64,000 nucleotides of DNA. Origin: Ginglymostoma cirratum. Taxonomy: Eukaryota. The notes beneath the pieces are model-generated. The model was not told the origin of the DNA, ran no database searches, and worked only from the letters and a program-made list of their open reading frames with translations. Positions within the stretch are counted from its first letter, which is position 1; each line of letters opens with the position of its first letter. This document shows positions 52,896-64,000 of the stretch, piece after piece. The stretch spans positions 1,308,428-1,372,427 of the forward strand of contig JAHRHZ010000115.1 of NCBI GenBank assembly GCA_024137785.1, given 5' to 3'. Made by a program: the position numbers and the translations under genes.

Positions 52896-53235
52896 TGTTG
52901 CTGTCCTGGGTTGTCGTTTTTTCTTTATCTTAGCTGTACTCCACAGCACAGGAATAGACCACCATACTTTCCACACTCAGCCAGCTTATACTTACATAAC
53001 CATACTTATTATAGATGTCAGCAGCTGCTATGTACGTGGTCCGGAAACTTGCTCGTCCTCTGATAGTACTACTTTGGTTAAATTCTTTGTTTGATGGTGT
53101 ATCGGTTTCTGCAGATACCACTGCGTGCAACTTGCGTTCAAGTTTCTCTTGTTGTAATCCAAATTCACAGATAACCTTCAGCCACGACTGTGATCTCCGG
53201 TGTCTGCTTTACTCGATCTGCACATAGTCCAATCG
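52896..53235 (-). pseudogene. TCR V pseudogene (paralogue of 23892-24225)
   Basis: GLCADRVKQTPEITVVAEG...NKYGYVSISWLSVESMVVYSCAVE; RSS degenerate. Confidence 0.7.
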
Positions 53236-54111
53236 TTGTCCCAAAGGAGTAAAGTGTCAAATAGTTTGCATTACCCATTTAAGCACTTTTGTACAAGAGC
53301 AATTATGTGGAGTCTCCAGTCTTCTGAGCTATCCATTATTTGGAAATTTTGCCTCGGTAATTATATAAAACACACTATCAAACGTTGAAGAATTAATGTA
53401 AAATGTGTTGAATACAAACCAAGACAGACTCACTTAGATAAGGACACAATTGTTCAAAAAATACTTCGGAGTGAATCTCTGTCAGTAAATTAAAATTGGA
53501 TGAGAACGAATTTCCAAGAAGAGAATGAATCCGGACTCTGTTCAACTAATTCATTATGGTTATGAGCTCATCAAGACAGCGCAGGGGCCATACCCAATGT
53601 CAAGGAACATCCTGCAGGATACACGTCCATTGTGACCTCAATAACTTAAGGATGCCTGGCCTATTGTGACATCAAACACCGCATAGGGACAGGTCAGCTA
53701 AGCCCTCACTTACTGCAGCTGTACAGGTCCATTAGCCAGTGACTCAGTGAAGGGAGTCAGCCTTGTTGTGACCTCACTCATTTAAGAATATTGGGCTTTG
53801 TGGACTTCACTCAACTCGATATGCCTCTTGATTGTGGTGCTCCGGTCACATCAGACACTGGTGAGGCACTCTTCATGGATGTATCTAATTGAATAAAGTT
53901 TAATTGCCTAATTGAATGTGTTCAGCATTTATTGATGGTCATAACAAGGCAGAAACATGACAAAAAGGCTTTCCCAGAAATTTGGAGTTGCGTTTACTGA
54001 GAGTTTATTATTGTTGATATTTATGTCCGATTGTCATTACATTACAATTTAAAACATTGATTTTCAGCTTACGGTCAGTTCCCAACCCAAAGCAATGTAG
54101 AATGTGATCTC

Positions 54112-54420
54112 GGAGTAGTATTATCGCTGGACGGTTAATCCAGAGACATACTAAACCGATTCAAAACTCACAATTTGAATGCAATGAAAATCTTGATTTT
54201 AGTGTCCAATTCATGCCATGAATCCATTGTCGATTGTCAGAAAATGCATCTGGTTCACTCACGTTACTTAGGGAAGGAAACTGTCCTTCTTGCCTTGTCT
54301 GGTCAACATGTGACTCCAGGCCTACAGCAACGTGTTTGACTTTCAACTTCCCTTTTGTCAAATAGAGAAGGGCAAGAAATATTGTTCTCGCTAACGATGC
54401 TCACTTGCCATGAGTATATA
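54112..54420 (+). mobile_element. Deu-domain SINE (paralogue of 25112-25420)
   Basis: catctggttcactcacgttacttagggaaggaaactg...gtgactccag core. Confidence 0.65.
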
Positions 54421-57400
54421 AAAGAAACAGCAAAGGAGAATAAGTGGTGTTTGGGGAAAGCACGATTAGGACAGAAGGCCCGCATTCAAGTTCAGGTGTG
54501 AGGAATAACTTTGGGTAGGTTGTTTGAAAAATAATAGTTACAGCATTACAGTAAGATGGTCGTGTCTGGTCCTGTCAGGCAGGAAATCTCACCCAGTCCA
54601 AAGATGCTAAATCGCATAAGTGAAGGTTGTGGAGAAAATATGTAGACCAACACTACAGCTGACATAAACGACATTGATAGAGAGAAGAAAATGAGGTTAC
54701 CATCGGTTTTTTTTTTAACAAAAAGAAGGTCGGAGTAAGTCTTTGTCTGTTCAAAGCTGTGCCCTTTTGATCGGCAGATTTCACGTGATGGAGTCCATCA
54801 AAATCAATAGTATTTTAGACAAGGATCATTACATTGAAAGACAAATTTTATTTATGACAATATATACTTTAAATTATTTGAAATAGAGAGTCTAAAATAA
54901 CAGGGGAAAAGTTTCCATGCTAAACCGAGAAAGGAAACTGTCAACAGTGTAAAAGTAAACGGCAATAGAAAATGTGGAAGTGAAAAACGTTGGAAATACG
55001 TCTTTCAAATAGGTGCAGGAAAGACAATTTAAATGATTATTGTACTCGCTGATGTTGTATTACTTGAGTCACTTTACACCTCCTGTTCACCTGTACTACT
55101 GCTTCAGTTGGTCTTCAGCAGTTAACAGCGCACAAGTGCAAATTGTAGACAGACTTCTCGAGATCCAAGCATCACTATTTCCGCTCCTTAAACGTGGCTG
55201 CAATCGACAGCCACCACAATACCTTCTTCATTCTTTCGATATTGCAGTTAGCAGCACACTGTTCTCTTTTGTTGTGTACAATCTGTTCTGAATCTTTCAA
55301 TTGAGAGATTACTGCTGCTTGTCCATTCCTATCATTAGTTAGATCAGCAACAAAATTGAAACAGGGACCTCTAATTCTTCTGCAACTGAATGTTGCCTGA
55401 TCTAAAGACAGATAGGCTCAAGAAGTATCAAACAGAATCGTCTCTTAACCAATCCTCATCATTAACTCATGATATAGGGATACTTCTTCCCTGTAAAACT
55501 CCACTCTCCCCATGCCTCGTGCAAAATCTGTAAGAATGGTAAAGATGATTACATAGATCGAAATGAAGCTCGTCCTAATTGTTGATATCACTATCATATC
55601 TGGTTACTGGAGCTGTAGGAAATAATGTAATATCCAATTTTTGGTATGACTGTTGAAGAGGAATTTGATGAAACAATACAATAAACATTGAAAACACAAA
55701 TATTCACGCTCGTTGTGATATAATCTGCATCCATGTAGTTTGGATGGAGTGAATTAGAACGGGAATTTCTGAATTTCTAAGGGGTTTTCCCTCCATGTTT
55801 AATACTGTCGTAAAAAACTACCAAAATAACAATCCGCACGACCCTGAGATCTGATACTGATATTATGAGAAGTACGGAATGCCACAAAGATCTTGGTCAA
55901 AACTCCATAATGCGACGTCCATGGATTGCTTGGCAGACAGCAAGAATTTGCAGTAAAACAAACGAAATAGCTCAAAACCACTGGTTTAAGGTAAAGGAGC
56001 GCGTCCATAAACATCATCTGATCATTGGTTCCCATTGGGTATCTTCATTATGAGGCCATTGTTTACTCCGATAGCGTTACACATTGCCAAGCCACTCCCG
56101 GGAGACTCCACAGCAAGCTTTTAAAATAGACGATGTTGAAAAATTATCTATGAGCTTCTTATCTTGGACTATCCTTTACCGACTGACAAAGTATAAATGT
56201 GGATTAAGATATCTTCTGATCATCTCGCACCTCTAAAAAGTGAAAATTATTTCTGACTTTATGCAGCACCTACTGCCTGTCGAGAGGTTGGGGATGGGTT
56301 CTACGAAACACCCACTTTTTTTTTCTTTTATAATTCCAAATATCCACCCAATCGTGTTCCACATCTTAGGCTGATTTAATTAGATCGTTCCATCTCTTGT
56401 TATAAAAAGGTACATTTAAATAATTAGCTATCCTCCACCATAAATTATGTTCCTGTCGTCAGAAATCTGCTGTAACCTTTCACATTCTAGTATCATTCCA
56501 TATATTTCTTTATTAGAAGTGAACGTGTAAAAGATATTAAATTGTGCATATTCATTTTTTATTTGCACATTTAGTTTACCAGCTCCATTGTGAATATAAT
56601 GGGCATTTGGATTCAGGGACACTGAACACTATAGATTTTGTTTATCCTCTAGTCTTGTCTCTTGTTTTTTTTTTCTTAAAATTGTGCACTCTGCACCCTT
56701 ATGCCAAGATCAAATAGTCATTTTGTAATATTAAAATGATTTTTTCGACACTTTGATTTGCCATGTTTTCTAAAAATTTATTACATGCCCTACTTCATTA
56801 ATTTGCAAAATCTCTACTCACCGAGTTATGTCGTTTGCATTTGCAAAAGTCTCAGCATCGTTTAGATTAATGTTGTCTCATCGTGGAAATCCGACATTCC
56901 CCTGTGCCAGTGCTGGCGCTTGATTTCTCCCACATCAACCGCTCAGCAAAGCAAGCATCTCTACAAATTGTTTTTGTTTCTTCCAATTCCATGCAGACAA
57001 GGAATAAGCGAAATATTCAGTATGACCATTGATATTCTGCGTCATAATCTTCTGCCTGGTACTCCGATAGATTCTGTAAAACCTCTTCATTTAATCCAAG
57101 TGTGTCGCTCGTACATTTGTGGCCGACCAAGATGGGATCCTATCCCTCCCTATTCTCTCTATCCCACTTCAACTACCTCTGCCTCAGACGATATACGAAA
57201 ATCTGTTTCGAGACTGGCAGCATGTGAGATTCTGGGAGGGATTGATAATGCAGATACTGACCAGGACGCCTATCCTTGCTGAATAATCTAGAATGGGTTG
57301 GGGAATTATTTCGGAAGATGGAGTCTCATTTAGTATGTATTTGTGGAAGAATTTATTTTCTTTTAGGATCATCATTATTTGGGAATCTCTTTCACTAATG

Positions 57401-57494
57401 ACTAATACTTCCAATTCATAATGTCTAGTTAAAGGGACAATGAGACTGAATATCCAAAAATATGAGATAGAACAAGATGTTTTATTTCTTCTTA

Positions 57495-57985
57495 TTATTC
57501 ATTTTTGGGATGTGCGTGTAGCTGGCTGGCCAGCATTTCTTGCCCATCCCTAGTTGCCCTTGGTAAACTGGTGGCGAGCTGCCATTTTGAGCCGCTGCAG
57601 TTCTCCTGCTGTGGGTTGACCCACAATGCTATTAGGGAGGGAATTCCAGGTTCTTGACTCAGCGACAGTGAAGGAACTGCGATATATTTCCAAGTCAGAT
57701 TGATGAGTGAATTGGAGAGGAACTTGGAGTTGATGGCGTTCCCATATATCTGCTGGCCTTGTCCTTCCAGATGGAAGTGGTCGTGGGTTTGGAAGGTGCT
57801 GTCTGAGGATCTTTGGTGAATTTGTGCACTGCATCTTATAGACCTTACACACTGCTGATAGTGAGCGTCAAATGCGGAGGGAGTGAATATTTGAGGGTGT
57901 AGTGCCAATCAAGTGAGCTGCTTTGTCCTGGATGGCGTCCATCTTCTTGAGTGTTGCTGGAGCTGCACTCATCCAGGCAAGTAGG
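57495..57985 (-). mobile_element. LINE 3' fragment (L2/CR1 group), unit C specific
   Basis: RQHLPNPRPLPSGRTR...RTWNSLPNSIV ORF end and agggatgggcaagaaatgctggcc tail; absent at the unit A site (~910). Confidence 0.7.
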
Positions 57986-58185
57986 GAGTATTGGTGAGGA
58001 AGACTCAGAAACAACCAGATTGCAGAGAACCAATTGCGTTAATTCATTAACTATCAGTGGTTGGTCCACAGTTAACATCACATCTGCAAAATCAGACTGT
58101 TGCAGCTTGAAGCAATGCCGCTGAGTTTCTCAGTGAGTAAAGCCTGCCACTATTGTGGTCTCAGTAAGATCCAACCTTTTAAACC

Positions 58186-58690
58186 ATGCGTTGTTTACAG
58201 TCGATCAATATATTCACTGCGTGATTTCCCGATAACAATGCTCATGCTGGCCAATGAGTATGAGCTGAATTTGCCATTACGTGTTTCATTGCTTTTTTTT
58301 TTGTTTATTTTTACACATATATTGTTTATACATTATAATGTTTGTTACAGGAACGAGTGGACAAAGATCAGTTTCCCAAGGCCTCCTTCAATTGAAAATT
58401 CGTGATGAACAGTCCCCAACATTGAACTAGGCAACTCAACAAAGTATGGTGGACTCTCTGGTAAATCGTGTGTCCCGGGGCAACTCTAAGATATTTGCTG
58501 AAAAGATTCGGGAAGGGAAAGAGAAATTCGTTTCTAGGGTTTTCTGGCCAATTTTCCGTTAGTCTGGACCAAGACAAGAATACAGCTCCATAAAAAAACC
58601 ACCAGCGCACTTGTCATACAATCTACCACGTATAATCGCGCACTGATGCCCACACCGTGAGAGAGGCACAGTCAGTCCGTTAAAAAAGAT
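58186..58690 (+). pseudogene. Inverted TCR V pseudogene (V exon 58351-58652)
   Basis: tacAG-GTSGQRSVSQGLLQLKIRDEQSPTLN*..LW*IVCPGATLRYLLKRF..FSGQFSVSLDQDKNTAP*..STTYNRALM. RSS CACCGTG-22-AAAAAAGAT. Confidence 0.82.
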
Positions 58691-59394
58691 GAAAATCTTA
58701 ACACACCACTTCACTGGTTCGGACCAGTGATCCCCATTATGAAGTATTCATATTGTCAAAAGTTAGAAAAGACAGCTTTTACACGGATCTTTTCCTGAGT
58801 TATGTTCTCGATAGAATCCTTCTCTATCGTGTCTTTTGTTTATGATACAACTCTTTTCAGGCAGTCTGTGGCAACCAAACGACAACAATGTTCACCGATT
58901 TCTATCACTGGCTGCACTCAAGTGTTGGCACATTTAAGAACCTGCGCGGGCGTTAATTCCCATTTGGTCATTCTGCATTATCAAGAGACAGTAGTCATTT
59001 TCAGTTTATTTCGGACCACGACGACAGTGTTGTGATCTTAAGGGAAAGGGATTCAGAGGTTATGCGGGAGGGTGGATGCTTCACAAATTGCAAATTGTCC
59101 TATTAATTGTCAGAACAGGTTTAGAGGGCCAAATTTTTTTTTCTGAAATAATAATTGTGTGATTCTGAGACCAATTCTCTGACGTCATTGACTTCAGAAC
59201 AGAAGCGTTGTGAGTTGATTGGGTGTTGCGTGGTGCACTTGCCAGAAAAGAACCAAACAGCAGTGATTTCGAATATGACTCAACACCTCCCAAAACTCAG
59301 CTGAAACAATTTAGCTTAACGCCACCATCAGCTCTCAGGGGAGAATATTCGGCTTTACCTCCCACTTTTCAAACCCACCATTCGCTTTCTAAAC

Positions 59395-59952
59395 AAGTCG
59401 GCTCTTACCATCTACTCATTCCTAACTGTTACAGTTTTACTAACTGGTAAGTTTCCGAGTCGCAAAATATTCACTTGCATGGAATATAGGTGGAGCAAAC
59501 TTTTTTTTTTTGCCTGTGGCGCTGAGCACTGCGATATATGCACTGAATTAGTTAACATTGATTATTATTATCCTTCTATTCGTTGTCATTTTTAATTTTC
59601 TGCAGGTGTGAGTGGTGCAGTCTCGATCTCACCAGAGCTGGTTACTGCGATACCGAAGGGGAAAAAAATGCAGTGACCATTCATTTCCACTGTTAAAACA
59701 GAGCTGATTCATTTACATTTCAACTGCATTCTCAGTGCCATGGTCAATCTCCGACATTCTTGATCTACATCACTAAATACGAAAAGATCATCAGAGCAAA
59801 TGGCGTTGGCTTTCGACGTTCTGCATGCCTGGAGGCTCGGAAAACTGAGGGGAATTTCACCATTGATGAACTGCAGCTGCCGACAACACGGTGTATTACC
59901 GCGGGCTGAGAGATACATTGATTGGAAACAGAAGGAACCCGTTGTAAAAACA
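59395..59952 (+). pseudogene. Inverted TCR V pseudogene (leader 59395-59446 lacking ATG; V 59606-59913)
   Basis: GVSGAVSIS...AVTIH..HGQSPTFLIYITKYEKIIRANGVGFRRSACLEARKTEGNFTIDELQL.DNTVYYRGLR. RSS TACATTG-23-GTAAAAACA. Confidence 0.88.
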
Positions 59953-60164
59953 CTGTCCCTGTAAGAGTCCGGACTAACATTTACTTCTGAAATTTATACA
60001 AGAATGCGCTGAATCCAATTAAACCAAAGTAATTACCAAAGCGAGAGACACAGGTGCAGCACTCGGCAAGCTTTCCTCTCCTCACTTACATTGAATACAT
60101 TATGAAATCAAATATGTCATGATAAAATGTTCGTTGCACCCGATAATATCATCTATACTTGGAA

Positions 60165-60560
60165 TTAATATGTGTAAGTTATTTTAAAATTGGGAGATCT
60201 GTAATCAGTGTATGTGAATTATTATGACATTCAGTGGGCAGTCTTCAGTGTCTACGCTAAACTGTACTTTCAAATAAAATCGCTTGTTCCTTTGCAGAGA
60301 GGTTTTTCTGAAACTGCCAGGCGAGGACAGGTATCGATCCACCTGTAGCATTTGCTTTCTACCTGGCAGATGCGAATTCGTGGAGTTCTCCAAATAAACA
60401 GCAGCCGTTTGTTCCTTAATCCAGTCAGTGCCAACGTCAGATTCAGTCATTCATATGAGCGATTTTAAATGATGTGTGTGAATTATGCTCGTAGTTTTCC
60501 CTCACCAGAAACGTACGGAAGCGTCTCTGTGTGAGAACCAGCTATAAACAGATTAAAGCG
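60165..60560 (-). pseudogene. Degenerate NAR-like V relic (paralogue of 2190-2585)
   Basis: Leader end TLPYVS+G with GTGAGG donor, then HLPGRKQMLQVDRYLSSPGSFRKTSLQRNKRFYLK..SVDTED. Confidence 0.4.
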
Positions 60561-60590
60561 GGCAGCAGGTGTGACCCAGAAACCAGCAGC

Positions 60591-60629
60591 AGTTTTTGTA
60601 GGAGACTTTCACTCTTTCCCATCGTTGTG
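60591..60629 (-). promoter_or_regulatory. 23-bp-spacer RSS
   Basis: CACAACG + 23 nt ATGGGAAAGAGTGAAAGTCTCCT + ACAAAAACT. Confidence 0.92.
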
Positions 60630-60933
60630 AGTCTCGCTGCACAGAAGTAGAGAGCGGAGTCAGACAGTAGCAGCTCCGAGATCATCAATCGGTACAACTT
60701 TTCTGACCGCTGGACAGTACTAGAAAACCGATTTTGAGCAAAATCCGACTTAAATGCAGCACCGCCGCTCTCCAAATTCCGGACTGCGAACTCGGGATTT
60801 CTGCCAGGGTACTGGCGGTACCAGAGCAATTCGTAAACATTGCCGGTATATGTGCAGGTTAAGTAGACATCTTCTCCCGCTGTTTGTGTGAGTGAGGTAT
60901 CCCGTTGAGTGACAGAAACTCCATCGTTCAAAT
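60630..60933 (-). CDS. TRAV: T-cell receptor alpha/delta variable segment, V exon (intact)
   Basis: (D)LNDGVSVTQRDTSLTQTAGEDVYLTCTYTGNVYELLWYRQYPGRNPEFAVRNLESGGAAFKSDFAQNRFSSTVQRSEKLYRLMISELLLSDSALYFCAAR; acceptor ttccAG and 23-RSS; same 304-nt length as the 2657-2960 exon. Confidence 0.93.
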
Positions 60934-61721
60934 CTGGAAGACATGGTTGGAGAAAACAAGAATAATTGAATAAATGTTTCGTACAAAGTTCGAACTGACA
61001 GTTTTAAAAAAACCTCACATTTGCTGCAAAATGAAATTAGACACGAATTTGAATTCGAAATGAGGAAGTAAAACACAAACAACTCAGTTTGCCAGCGAAC
61101 TCAGTTCTGAAGATAGCTTATAGCACCAGAATTTGAATTAGTTCTGTTCTGTCCATGATGTTACCAGCCGTGTGGAGTTTTCCCAGTATTTTGTTTTATT
61201 TTGTGGTTCTTGTTTTCTATTTAACACCACACCTTATTCAGAAAAAAAAAACTGGCCAATGTCCGTGTAGGCAATCCACACGAGAATCCACGTTCACCTG
61301 TGCTCTAATTTTGGCTGCATGTCCAGCTTTCCATCTCTTCGTCATCCGTTTAGCTCATGTCCCCTTCATGACATTATGGTCTGATTCAAACACTCCTTAA
61401 GCCTCGAGTTCCATACTCTAAAGAGAAAACAGGATTCCCTTAAGGTTTCTAGTGGATCATTATTGTGATTCTGATGAAACATCACAGGGTCGATCGCACA
61501 TTTCGAAAGCGATTGTATCTTAACTCTGGGATCATCACTCTAATCGCTCTTTTAAACACTGTGAGTCCCTTTCTTCTTCTTGCAAGATATAGATTAGACC
61601 AGTTCACAATAGCCCAAGTGTAATGCAACCAATGTCGAATAAGTAGTGAAAAGAATACTCGTCTGGTTCACGCTTAGTGCTAGAGAATTTAAACCCTTTC
61701 CTTCAGTGTAAAACTTCTTAC

Positions 61722-61767
61722 CGGCAATGCTTGTCAACGAGATCAGCATGAAAATAGGGAACTGCAT
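61722..61767 (-). CDS. Leader exon of the TCR V at 60630-60933
   Basis: MQFPIFMLISLTSIA+G with GTAAG donor; in frame across a 788 bp intron. Confidence 0.8.
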
Positions 61768-61876
61768 CACTGCTGCTCTGATTCTGTGGGTTTTCATTGT
61801 GTCACACAAATCTGCAACTGCAAATTATCAAATAAAAGAGAGAGAAAATAACCTGAGATCATTGGCTGAGAGCGCC

Positions 61877-61890
61877 TGATGTCACTTCCT
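61877..61890 (-). promoter_or_regulatory. CRE-like decamer AGTGACATCA overlapping Ets core GGAAG
   Basis: Matches the AGTGAYRTCA TCR V promoter decamer, 110 bp upstream of the leader ATG. Confidence 0.6.
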
Positions 61891-63124
61891 TCACAGCAAG
61901 TAGCTGCTAACACGACATATGCTTGTTTGTGTGTCACGTTCGCCTCAAAGATCGATGATTCTGACATAAACCTCACAGTCTGGTGTTCCGCGAAAGAAAA
62001 GGATAAATATCGACTGGCTTGTATTTAACAACGGTGACAGTGTTCTCCTTAAACTGAAATATGCAACTCAAAGAGGTGGAGGTGAAATGCTGATGAAGAT
62101 CCTCAGTTAAAGTCTACACAGTGACTAATCAGACCGAATTTGTTGATGGATTAGGCTTTGATTGACTTCCCACCAGAGACGCACAGGTGATATTTGCTCA
62201 TTTCTGTAGAGACACTTGCCTGTGGAACTATTTTCTCTATTCTCTTTCTCAGTGAACGTTTATGTCATTCGGTTCATTTGATCAAACTCGTTGTCTTTCA
62301 CTGCCTGTGCGTCTCTCTTCCATACATTCCAGCTTTTCATGACGGTGTATATTCTGGGGGGAAAAAATTCATCCAAGCTAAAACACAACACGAAGAAGAT
62401 TTTCACACTATTGATAAACAATGCCGCATCAGGTTAAAGTAAAACAAAGAACTGTGCATTTTGTGTAGCTGAAACAAAGTGGAAATTGCTGTAGAAACTC
62501 AACAAGTCTGGCTGCATCTGTGGAGGGAAAGCAGAATCAACATTTCGAATGCAGTGTCCCTTCATCAGAAGCAAAGAGGCAACGTACACGGTGAAAGCGG
62601 AGATTTCATTATAAGATGGCGGCGCAGTAGTTCTCTCCAGCCAGATCTCCTCTGTTTTGCCAATTCCTTTTCATTTTTTCTTTCTTTTCTCTTCGTTTTC
62701 CTGCAGTTTTTATTTCCCTCTCCCAACAACTTTTAACTTCTTAAACTTGCCTGCAGGAAATACAGAAAAGAGGAGTCGAACGTCAGTCCAGACCAGTGCG
62801 GGAGATGAAACAGAGACCGTGCCAGTGCGGGAGGAGAGTTCTGGAGACGTGTTCCCGACAGAGCTTTGTATGGGAGGAGGTCTGATGCCAAGCCAGACTT
62901 AGAGGCAAATTCGAATGGCGAGTCAATGGCGACTGCGGAGCACAGCGGGAATTTTGACACCAGCTCGCCTGAATGAAGAGTCCTGGAGGCGACTCGAGTG
63001 TCGGAGCCCAGTGCGGGAGCTCATGTGAGCCTAGAGGAGCCTTGAAGATACTTCCTAGAGGCAACTCCTGGTTGCAAAATCGCGGGCTGGAAACTGGTGA
63101 CAGAGGGAGTCCTAATCGAATCCA

Positions 63125-64000
63125 ACAGGGCAGGCAGCATCAGAGGAATGGGAAAGTTGATGTATCGGGTCGATGCCCTTCCTCAAAAAAAAAAGGCCCG
63201 GACCAGAAACGTCATCATTCGTGCTCCTCTGATGCTGCCTGCTCTGCCGTGTTCCTCCAGCTCCACACTCTGTTATCTGCAGTTACTTTTATCTACGAGA
63301 TCTAAACCTGTTTTAGTAATTAAGCCTGCCAATAAGGATGGTGCTGTTGTAGTCGGATGTACTGACATTTACATGGCAGAGGCTCGGCGCCAGCTTTCAG
63401 AAACCTCCTCCTACATTCCCTGGGCCATGACCCCACCATGACACATCCGGCCTTTGTATCAACTACGGTAACTGATCTCATTTCATCTGGTCACCTCCCC
63501 GCCACAACCCCTAAGCTGATAGTTCCCCAGTCTCACACAGCTCGCTTCCAGATCCTCCTATAAATACACAAACAGGACTGAACTGGCAGGCCCATTGTTT
63601 CAACCTGCTCCTGCCCCACAGAACTGATCTCTTCCTATTTCTGATGAAGGGTTTAGGCCCGAAACGTCAAGTTTTCCTGCTCCTATGATGCTGCTTGACC
63701 TGTTGTGTTCATCCAGCCCCATGCTTGTTATCTCGGATTCTCCAGCATCTGCAGTACCTTTTATCTCTTCCTACCTTCACTCAGTCTTCTCTCCACGTAT
63801 ATCCAAGATTCCTCTGATGCTTTAAGCTGGTGTCAAAATTTCCAATTTGAAGGCTTCAGCCTTCTATTCTTTACCTTGGACATGAAATTACATTACATGT
63901 ACATTCACCACCAGGAGGGTCTTAGGTTTCTCTGCTTCTTCTTGGAGCAAAGACATGAAATGCTCCCACCTACTACCACCCTGCTCCGCTTCGCAGAGCT
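63125..64000 (+). mobile_element. Penelope-like element (inverted pLTR pair then RT region) with nested young insertion 63638-63762
   Basis: LVIKPANKDGAVVV...AEARRQLSETSSY and ARFQILL*IHKQD*TGRPIVSTCSCPTELISS. The nested insert is flanked by ATCTCTTCCTA repeats. Confidence 0.88.
63637..63672 (+). ncRNA. Minimal type I hammerhead ribozyme motif
   Basis: Identical to 52230-52265 (CUGAUGA...GAAACGUC). Confidence 0.7.

Noticed and set aside
1-64000. Prokaryotic systems (CRISPR, operons, IS elements) or Ig heavy-chain clusters
   Set aside because: Vertebrate repeats, spliced leader/V structure and RSS identify a TCR V array. No WVRQ-type VH, D-J-C cluster or octamer promoter was seen.

Overview
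Eukaryotic genomic DNA from a cartilaginous fish (shark; inferred from HE1/V-SINEs, Deu-domain SINEs, CR1 LINEs, shark-type Penelope-like elements and a GPR139-like pseudogene). The window is part of the variable-segment array of a T-cell receptor alpha/delta-type locus. It consists of a decayed tandem duplication unit of about 28-29 kb (unit A ~1-27.5 kb, unit B ~27.5-56.5 kb, unit C from ~56.5 kb). Only two V genes look intact (V exons 2657-2960 and 60630-60933, minus strand, 23-bp-spacer RSS, leaders ~785 bp upstream). Around them lie about ten recognisable V pseudogenes in both orientations plus fainter relics. No D, J or C segment was found. Most notable: (1) both intact V exons appear to use a distal leader and promoter, skipping a dead V relic and a dead proximal leader; (2) a degenerate IgNAR/NAR-TCR-like V sits immediately 3' of each intact V; (3) short Penelope-derived insertions have 10-15 bp target-site duplications and some carry minimal hammerhead ribozyme motifs; (4) a ~7 kb block with C2H2-zinc-finger and GPR139-like pseudogenes is present in unit B only. 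Most ORFs in the supplied track are spurious or retroelement fragments. All alignments were done by eye, so repeat and relic boundaries are approximate.
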